Shown piece after piece: positions 1-9,319 of a stretch of DNA of 64,000 nt. The DNA is from Lepidodermella squamata (taxonomy: Eukaryota; Animalia; Gastrotricha): contig JBLDXI010000033.1 of NCBI GenBank assembly GCA_047495785.1, positions 2,728,001 through 2,792,000 of the forward strand, in the 5' to 3' direction. Numbering within the stretch: the stretch's first letter is position 1; each line of letters starts with the position of its first letter. The notes under the pieces are model-generated. The model was not told the origin of the DNA. It ran no database searches and worked only from the letters and a program-made list of their open reading frames with translations. Position numbers and translations under genes: made by a program.

Positions 1-1068
1 AGTTTCATCAATGACTTGAAGGGAGACGAATATTAATATTTGATGATTACGTCAATTTTGACCGTTATAAGGCGTTCACTATAAGCGAATCTCATTTCTT
101 GCTTCTCAAATTGCACTGCAAAGTGCGAACTGATCAATGAAATGCGGAGACCTGATGACTCATGATGAAATCTGAGTTAACTAATCAACTGAGAGCCACA
201 ATTTATGAATGATTATCAACAGTAGAAAAATCTCTCATATAAAAATGGACGAGTCGTTGAAAGTAAAAAATTGTCAGGGTCAGAATTTTGGCAATACAGA
301 ATAATGAGGACGAAAAAAAGATGAGAAAATATAAAAGGGTTATAAAATCTACTTCTTATATGCTTGATACAGGCTTTGTAAATAGTCTGTCGTTGTAAAA
401 AAACTGTTAGCTTGTTTCCACTGCTATTTACAGGCTACGAAGCGTTTCGCTGCGATTCACGAGACTGCACACATACAGCAACGTTGCTGCACTCGTAACA
501 CGAGCAAATCTATTAGGTAGTATCTTTTTTTATGGCTGGTGCATGTTTTGTAATATATCTTTCTTTTAATACTATCATCTGCTTGAGATCTCTAATTGTT
601 CTAGTTTGTTTCGCTAGTTGCTTTACCTCTAAAATAGCATAGATTGTTCCAACTCGAGACTTTTGATTTTATCTCTGCTTGCTGTATAGCTTAGTTGAAT
701 CTAAAATCAACATAATAGTCTGAAGACTTGTTTGCTCAACTCACGAGTATAGAACGAGTAAAAATCCAACTGCATGTAAGGACCATTCGGACTGATATGT
801 GTTTGTCAAGCTTAGCGAATTTTTTCCTTGTTTTGACCGATATTTCGCATATGCTCACGTCACGACAGGTATACCATAAACGTTAAGTGAAGGGAGGTAT
901 TTATAATTTACTGATAACGTTTCCTAATGCGATATATTCTCACCTGTTGTTCTAGATACTCGATTCTTAGCTATTAAAATGTTTATTATAGATATAGCGC
1001 AGTAGTGTGAGAGAATTTGAATTGCTTCGAGCATTGATGCGAAGCCCGGCATTGATTCCTATTCACAG

Positions 1069-2873
1069 ATGGCAATTGAAAGAAGTGCGGCGAGCGAGAA
1101 AAGCGAAGCCGCTAAATCGGAGCTTCAGCCCTTGGATGGCGACAAACTACCGCTAAACGATTCTAACCAGAGGTGGACCATCCACTTGGTTTTCTCATGC
1201 TTTGCCTCGGTGCTTGGAACGTCGTTTTTACTCGGCTACTGCTCTTCAGTTGTGAACGCGCCCTATGAAGTCATATCTCGCTTCGTTAACGAATCTTACC
1301 ACGAGCAAAGTGGTGAATATCTATCGGTAGATGAACTTGAAATGCAATGGGCTTTCGTTGTTTCGCTTTACCTGCTTGGCGGGGCGATCGGGTCCTGCTG
1401 GTTTCCTGTTATCATGTCCAATAAATTCGGAAGGTTAGCTCATCATCACAGCCGATGGTTTTTAACGTCACTTTTTGTTACAGAAAGCGATCTCTGTTGC
1501 TTGTTGCTCCAATCGGTGCTGTTGGAGGGTTCCTCAGCTTCATAGCGCCGTATACCGGAAGTTATATCCCGCTTATGACCGGGCGTTTCGTGGCTGGGCT
1601 CCAATCAGGCTTTGTCATGGTAATTGTGCCAACGCTGTTGGTCGAACTCGCACCTGTGCGACTACGAGGAGCCTGCGGTAGTTTCAGCGAACTGGCTTTT
1701 GTCGTTGGCGAAGCACTTGCCAGCCTTATAGCCCTGCGATTCGCTCTAGGCACTGAGCAGCTATGGTGCTACTTGTTCGGTATGTTAGCAATTTATTTAT
1801 ACGATAACTTTGAATTCAATTTCTGATCTCCATTGAAGGAATGGTCACAGTCATATGCGTGATTCACGCGGTTCTGCTGTTTTTCACCTCTGAGAGTCCG
1901 CGATGGCTCGTCGATGTCGGGCAAGAAGACCAGGCGAAAAAAGGTTGTATCATTGAAGTTAATTTCATTCAGGTTCTTAATTTTCCTCCCTTCAGAATTG
2001 ACAAAACTTCGCCGATGTGACAAAGACGTGTTAGCGGCTGAATTGCACGAGCTGAAAGTTCAGTCAGTGGAAGAGGCGGCTTTGGCGAGCGGTGTCTCTA
2101 CGTGGGCTCTGGTTTCGCAGCGTAAAGTTTGGTGGCCTCTGTTCCTCGCCGTGAATCTCCACTGCGCCCAGCAGCTGACCGGCCTAGGCGCAGTCATGTA
2201 TTACGCCTCAAAAGTGATGACCGACGCAGGCCTCGACAGTGAAGTAGCAGAATTGGCCAATTTCGGACTATGCCTGCTGAACATTGTTGCAACCGGGCTG
2301 TCATGTGCTATTGTCGATCGCGCCGGTCGGCGTACCCTGATGCTATGGGGCCTGGTTGGCATGGGCCTGTCTCAAGTCGCGCTGACTTTCGTTCTATACT
2401 ACAACGTGTTTTATGCTGTAATCGCGGCGTTTGCTGTGTTTTTGTTTTCGTTTTCTATCGGGCCTGGTCCGGTGCCTTGGTTCATGACTGCCGAGCTTTT
2501 CCCTCAAGATGCGCGATCGATGGCGATGAGTATTGGCATTTTCGTCAACTGGGTGGCAACCTTCGCCGTTGGTCATCTCTACCCTTTCATGGCTGTATGT
2601 TTTCTCTCTTAATTGTTAATTCCACATTATATGGTGCTTATTTTCAAATCATAGCGAAACCTGGGACCGTACTCCTTCGTACCATTTGCGGTTTGCTGCC
2701 TCATCGAACTTGTGTTTCTCTTCTGTTTTCTGCCCGAGACTAGCGGCATTCCGCTCGATGAAGTTGTGGCCAAATTTGAACCAGGAAAATCTCTCTTTCA
2801 ATTCAGAAAATCAAGCAATCATACCAATCAGCAGTCATCTAAAGCCTCTGATGAAAAAGTGACTTCCATGTAA
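1069..2873 (+). CDS. SLC2A/GLUT-family facilitated hexose transporter (MFS sugar porter), copy 1, intact, 5 exons (~1069-1433, 1484-1779, 1839-1942, 1996-2594, 2655-2873)
   Basis: Sugar-porter motifs: GY..SVVNAP, KFGRKRS, ELAPVRLRGACG, ESPRWL, QQLTGLGAVMYYA, DRAGRR, GPGPVPWFMTAELFP, LPETSG; short GT-AG introns join the frames. Confidence 0.93.
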
Positions 2874-3329
2874 ATTACCCAAGTTAGAGTCATACGAGGC
2901 TGATTGGCCAAAATAAAAGAAGTCGAACCTCTTGTTATCATTAATGTCTCCGCAATTTTTAACTGAATATTAAGTTGAACCTCCTGAACCGAGATGCTGC
3001 AGGTTTCATATCGTTAGCTTGCTTTCATTTTTTGTCATTTTGCGTCAAAATAGATGAAGGTATAACGGCGTTAGTGGTGGCTGGTAGACGAAATTTTTAC
3101 TTTGCCAGACAGCTAACGATCAACGGGAAAGTAATCAATGTTCAGTACCCTGTATAAGTATATCCAGTTTTGGATCTGAAGAGGGAGATTGGCGCAAAAA
3201 AGCCTGTGGCCCAACTTGCTCAAAACATGCACTTGCTTAAATTTGACATGAGCGCACAAACTGGTGCGCGCAAAAAGGGAAAATTGACATGAATTTCGAG
3301 ACTTACATTAAGCCATTGAATACATCGTT

Positions 3330-3527
3330 CAATTAGAAAACCCTGGTTTCATTGAGTAATAACCTCCATGTTCTTTGAGTTGTCTCTTTTTAACCAGTTC
3401 ATCAGAGTCAATAAAATCAAGCATTCAGGTTTCATTGAGCAAACTCTGGTTTCAGTAGAATGAGCAACGTCTTATTAATCAACGTCTTTTGCAACTTAGT
3501 GAACCAAGAGTTGTTTTTTTCTAGTGA
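3330..3527. repeat. Small repetitive element / MITE-like remnant with recurring GGTTTCATTGAG motif
   Basis: ggtttcattgag at ~3345 and ~3428, related ggtttcagtag at ~3448; imperfect inverted ends (ttagaaaa ... tttttctagtg). Confidence 0.3.
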
Positions 3528-3749
3528 TACCAATGAGTGATAGCGCTGCGATAGCAACCAGCGAGCCGTTTTTTATCTGCAGGTTATCTCCTGCGTAAAC
3601 AAAAAGGCACCTGTATCGAACCACCACAATCCACACTACATCTGCTGACCTAGAACCATTGAATTTAGCCTGGTTTTATTTCCAATTTTTTTTGTTCAAT
3701 TCTGGCAGCGAAAATTTGCAAAAGTTAATGCTGGCGGGAAAAGAACTAA

Positions 3750-4897
3750 ATGGAACTGAAAGACTTGAGTCCTATTCGTGGAATATCCCCGTGCGACCCG
3801 TGCGACGATGTCGAAGACAGTTCATCGACTGACAATTACGCGCATAGCTACACAAATGCGAATAACCAAAAATGGACGCGTCACTTGTTATATTCCTGTG
3901 GAGCTGCTGTCATTGGCAGCTCGTTTTTATGTGGCTATAGCTCGTCGGTTGTAAATGCACCCTTCGAACAAATGTCCGAATTCGTAAATCGATCATTCTG
4001 GGAGCAAGACAATAAACTGCTGTCTGAGCAGGAGCTTGACGTCCAATGGTCCCTTGTTGTGTCCCTGTTCGTCGTCGGTGGCGTTATAGGATCCTGCTGG
4101 TTTCCCGGCTACATGGCGGACAAGTATGGCAGGTAATGCGCCTTTTTGGCCCTATTATAAGATTTCGCTAAATCGAAGATTCTTTTTAAAAGAAAATTTT
4201 CCTTGTTGCTGAGCTCTGCATTTCCGATAGTGGGAGGAATTCTCAGCTTTATTGCGCCTTACACCGATAGTTACCTGCCGCTCATGATCGGCAGAGTTAT
4301 TGTAGGACTTCATTCAGGATTCATCATGGTAGTTGCACCTGCGTTGCTTGTAGAACTGGCTCCAATTCGACTCCGAGGCGCATGTGGAAGTTTCCATGAG
4401 CTCGCCTCTGTTACAGGAGAGGCGGCGGCAAACCTGATTGCCCTACCCTACATGCTGGGAACAGAAAGTTTGTGGAACATCTTGTTTCGTAAGTAGTTTT
4501 GCAGCTCCGCATCTAGTTCACTAAGAAATTATTATACCTAGTTATGATCGCAGTTATAAGCTTTGGCCATGCTGTGATGTTGTTTTTTGCATCGGAGAGC
4601 CCAAGGTGGCTCGTCGATGTCGGCCGAGATGCAGACGCCCTGAAAGGTTTGCCGAATGAAAGTAATAACATGATTCGTTTATCTTAACTGAGGATAGAAC
4701 TGAGGAAATTACGCCAGTGCCACGATGAAGTGATATATGACGAATTTCACGACATGAAGCGTCAATCAGTTGCTGAAGCTCAAGCTGCTAAAGAAATATC
4801 CTGGTCGCAATCGATAAGAGAGCGTCAAATATGGTGGCCACTTTTTCTTAGCATTAATTTGCACTTTTGTCATCAGCTGACTGGAATTGGGGCTATT
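3750..4897 (+). pseudogene. GLUT transporter copy 2, 5' half (TM1 to start of TM7), interrupted after HQLTGIGAI
   Basis: Collinear with copy 1 with introns at equivalent positions (GYSSSVVNAP, DKYGR, ELAPIRLRGACG, ESPRWL, HQLTGIGAI); homology stops at 4897. Confidence 0.88.
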
Positions 4898-4902
4898 GTT
4901 AC

Positions 4903-5366
4903 AGGCGCAAGATCCAGGCTCGCATCAGCGATTACGAAGAGACCATTGAGAACTTGCTGGCTAAGATTTCCGCGCTCGAAAAGTCGAAGCACAAGCCCCA
5001 GGGTAAGATTGAGGACATGACCGTTGAAGTTGAGCGCGCTCAGGCTTTCGCTTCTCAGGCTGAGAGGAAACAACGCCAGATCGACAAGATCATTGGCAAT
5101 TACAAGAACAAGCAGCTCGCCGACGAGATCAAGGACTTGGTCGACCAGCTGTCCGACGGTGGCAAGTCGATCCACGAGACCGAGAAGGCCTGCGCCGCCT
5201 CGAGCTCGAGAAGCAAGAACTGCAGGCGACTCTGCACGACACTGAGGCTCAGCTCGAGACCGAGGTCGCTAATATCCAGCGTTCGCAGATCGAGATCGCG
5301 CAGTTCCGCGCCGACATCGAGAAGCGCATCGCCGACAAGGACGAGGAGATAGATCAGCTGCGCTAA
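4903..5366 (+). pseudogene. Myosin heavy chain/paramyosin rod fragment (intronless, internally deleted, frameshifted)
   Basis: RRKIQARISDYEETIENLLAKISALEKSK...KQRQIDKIIG, then NKQLADEIKDLVDQLSDGGKSIHETEK and, after a frameshift near 5190, RRLELEKQELQATL...IEKRIADKDEEID: typical myosin tail heptads; GC-rich codons. Confidence 0.85.
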
Positions 5367-5424
5367 TTGTTTTTTCACTCGCCCCTTTTCACACTTCGAG
5401 CTCTCAACAATGGGATTTATGCTC

Positions 5425-5448
5425 AATAAATAAATAAATAAATAAATA
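5425..5448 (+). repeat. (TAAA)n tract, resembling a retroelement 3' tail
   Basis: aataaataaataaataaataaata directly after the myosin fragment and ~60 bp of unrelated sequence. Confidence 0.6.
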
Positions 5449-6344
5449 TGGACTTGCTGTCAACGCAACAGCTCGAATCTCATCGAAGCTACTACTAGGT
5501 TCTATTACATCTACCACTACAACGACTTGGTCCGCATCGACTACATCAGCAATGCTTACGTCGACAATTGCGACAACAACTACTAGCAGTTCGCCAAGCC
5601 ATCTCTCAGCGCGCTTGAAATCGCTGCGAATAAAAACATGCGGGAACAGCCAGCTACCCCTAATTCGTATCTCTCGTAGTCGAATTGATCATTTCAATAA
5701 AATTCCCTGATAATTCGATAATGAGATATTAATAAACAGTATTTGGAAACAGGTTTCGCTTGTTATGATTTGTCTTGAGGTGCTAATAACATATCCTGGT
5801 TAATTTTTTTGCCTGAAATATAATTGAAATAGCAATATCGCCAAGCCAGAATTTTCAATGTCAGTTGACAGAACAATGATGGTGAAGAAACTGTCAAACT
5901 GTTAATGAACTCCCAAGTCCTCGGAGTACTCGAGTACCTACTACTCCTCAACAAGTCCCGATTTGATAAATGCAACAGGTCTCTTTGAGAAACAATATTT
6001 CAGGTAACCATTATTCAGCAGCTTTCCAACTTGGCGAGTAATCGGGATCGAGGCCTCCATTATTACGTAGCAGGTGGGAACTCAACTGTAAAATCAAATT
6101 AACTCCAAAAAGTCGAGGTTCAATATACAAAAAGGTACGTTTTAATATAAATTAATCATAGAAAAAATCATAGCACCGGGCAATAAATATCTGATCAAAT
6201 AATTATCAATTCACTGCTTTCTTATAACAAGAAAACGAAGATTAGTAACGGCTCATACAATCCACAGACTCAATGAGAATAACAATAACAAGTCACGTGA
6301 CATCACAAGTCGACGGCGATTATGTGCGATCGAGGCAGATAGGA

Positions 6345-7087
6345 TCAAATGATTGACATGCTTGAGGGTGGCGTCTTATCAGAAGAGGCTTGAATGTAAA
6401 GTCTGCAAATAAAATAACTGTTAATAACAGCACAGAAAATATGTTACAAGTAACTCACCGAAGAAATCGTCGCGCATCTTCCCTTTCTTTATCTAATTGT
6501 CGACGAAGCAGTTGGATTTCACTAAATGAAAAAAATTAATGAAGTAGTTATATGAAAAAGGTGCATCAAGTGCATAACTAACCGTTCAAGAGCATCGATT
6601 TTTTTGTCTCTTCTTTAAACAACAGACAGGAGAACAAATGTACTTATGCTAATTAGTATCGAAGACATACCCAGCCAAATCGCGTTTTAGATGTCGATTA
6701 AAACTAATGAATAAGGTTACGTTTAGTGATAAAAATGATTAAGGTTAAAAATAACCTACCTGACCAGCTCGTCCAGTTCTCTGCGTAGCCTAGGTGCAAA
6801 GAAAAATTAATCTTCTAGCCGCTTCTATTGTTAAAGCTCACATTATGTTACTTGTTTTTAGGCCTGCAGCCTCTTGTGTTTGGCGATTCAGTTCAGTCAT
6901 TAGACTAGTAAAAAATATATAGATTATATAATTTGATTAACAACTATCTTCTAGTTACACTTACAACTCAGCATCATCAGATATCTTGCCTATGACGTTG
7001 GTGATGTCCCTATGTGAATTGTAACACCATAAATATATTTTGCTAATAATGAGTAATAGGGCATTACGTCAAATTGTTTTCAGCCAT
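6345..7087 (-). CDS. Micro-exon coiled-coil protein, 113 aa, 8 coding exons (7087-7068, 7009-6965, 6904-6842, 6789-6760, 6703-6671, 6612-6583, 6521-6459, 6402-6345)
   Basis: Manual splicing at GT-AG sites gives an uninterrupted ORF MAENNLTDITNVIGKISDDAEFLMTELNRQTQEAAGLKTSNIMLRRELDELVSFNRHLKRDLAGRDKKIDALEREIQLLRRQLDKEREDARRFLRLYIQASSDKTPPSSMSII*; all 7 introns are phase 2. Confidence 0.8.
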
Positions 7088-7201
7088 TGCGACTGGACGA
7101 ACAATCAATAAGCAAACAGCTGTAAAGTATATTAAAAATAACAACATTAACAAAGTATAATAAGAACGCGGGTTGCAAAGACTACAACTCAGATGTTAAA
7201 A

Positions 7202-7270
7202 ATTAGGTTGAAGAGTAGGTTCAGGATTAGATTTAGGGTTAAGGGTTAAGGGCTCTAGTAGATTTTAGGG
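7202..7270 (+). repeat. Degenerate TTAGGG-like tract
   Basis: ttaggttg...gtaggttcaggattagatttagggttaagggttaaggg...ttttaggg. Confidence 0.45.
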
Positions 7271-8047
7271 AATCTATTTAAAGGAACCTGATAAATCTAT
7301 TTTTATGCAATTTTGTAATTGTAATTCTACTTTGACAGCTACAGTAAAATCCGGAAGAAACCAGAGGTCAGGATCTATAATAGAAGTAATGAGGAAAGAT
7401 TTTGATCCTCACAATTAAGGCCAATTCAAATAAAGGAAATCTTTCGGCTAATATAGACCAATTATTAGACCGTATTTCAAACTCAAACTCAAAATTTGCT
7501 TATTTCACCGATCTTTTGCACCAATTAAACTATAATGTTAACAATCCATAATTGAAATAGGTGCAAATGACGGAACGAGCGACAGCATACAACGTTTCTA
7601 TAACAACAAGACAGGGTACCTACTTCTGATCAGCAGTCAAGTCCGGAACCCCGAATTCAAAATTGGCGCCTTAAATTGTATGAAAATGTGTTACTCTAAA
7701 TGTATTACATTATTTAAAAAAAATTAAATATTCATTTATTTAATGTCAATAATTTCCTTTTTCTGAAAAAATTTGCCACGTGGCAAGTGACAAACGTGGA
7801 CGTGGAAGTAGACTTGCTGTGCATTGGTATGGTTGCTGCATGGTATGGTATGGGGTATGGTTGCTGCGCATTGACAGTCTAAAGTTTAAGAGCGAGCGGT
7901 GTAGATACAACGCAGGTATGCATCATCATATTATTATAAATTTTCCGTAATTTTCCGTTTTTTATTTCTCCAGCTCAACTTACCTTGATTCAGATTAATG
8001 CGACTCCTCGACCAACTTCTTAACTGCATCATCTAGTTATCTGCTTA

Positions 8048-9188
8048 ATGACATCTAGTTCACCTGAAAACAGCTTAGAGACGGAAAATCTGAGCTCAAG
8101 GTAGGAGTGAAGCAATATCTAATATTGTTTTTTGACTGATATAATTTTAGGCGGTGAAATTTGTTGTGGTCCGTGCCTTGTTTAACTTTTTCAACAATGT
8201 ATAAGGAATAGCGAAAAGAAGCCGAAAAAGGAGAAGCTTCGTCTCAGGTCGCTACCGTTCAACCACTGCCTCAGAAATCGTCATTCGATGGCAGACCATT
8301 TAGCCACCATGACGACAGTTTAATCAGCTTCCCGGAACCTCAACCTGGCGAGGAAGATTTGATTCTCGCAGCTGATTCTCGGTGCGAATGTGGCTGATGT
8401 TTTCGACCCACTGGCGTTTTCTGACAATTCGGTCTCCGATCTGTTGGTTGACGCCCCACCCTCTATCCCTTTGTGTAACGAACCTGCAGGTCCTCAATCT
8501 GGGCACCAAAACGCAGCCGCACGAGTGCCATCTTTTGACTATCGAACATCCAGCCTCGACCCATCGTCAGCAATCGACTCGGCGATTCGGCGGTTCTACG
8601 CAACTACTGACCGCAAACATGACAGGCGTGATTTCATCCGACTCTTACGGCATTTGTCGCTGTTGTGTAAAAAGTCGGACGTTGTCGGACGGGTGTACTG
8701 CTCGGCGTCTCGTTGGATTAACATGGCTCAACTTGGTCCTAACGAAGCGCTACCTTTGGACGGAGACCCGCTTGAAATCTACTCGAAATACCTCGCTGAA
8801 ACGCCGCTGTTCATCAGCCCGTCCGCGTCATCGCCCCACGCTGTCGAAATGGAGAACATCATTCGAAATGTCGTACAATCTACCCGGTATCTCATGCTGA
8901 TGAACACCGTAATTCGATGTCCAATTGACCTCATTCATCCCTAAGCCCAGTCGATTTCGAGAAAATCGTGGGGTCGCGTCATCTCATGATGGCGGACGAC
9001 ATGTCATTACGGTTTTACGCATCTGGAACATGGCACCGGCGTATTACCCGATCTGCCAAAATGCAATGGTGGCATCGCCCTTTGTCGTTCTGTTCCTCAA
9101 TCTACGAGAAGGAGTAGGTGTCGAGGAGAACCATGCGCCAGATCAAAATGCTAAAAGTCATGGTTCTGAAGGTAATTTTGATATTTAA
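8048..9188 (+). pseudogene. Orphan, probably disrupted gene (main ORF 8390-8944, continuing in another frame to ~9170)
   Basis: Splice-like sites (donors 7916, 8101, 9172; acceptors ~7973, 8150) and coding-like composition, but stops and frame changes; no recognisable motif. Confidence 0.35.
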
Positions 9189-9319
9189 TTTATTCCGGTT
9201 ATGAATTCTTTGGTGTTTTGAGGAAAAATTTACACTTAAAAAATTTGCTTAGCAGTAGTTGTAATTCAGATCAGCTCCGTTCTATAAAGATGTTGATACA
9301 TCGAGTCATTCTCCAAAAT

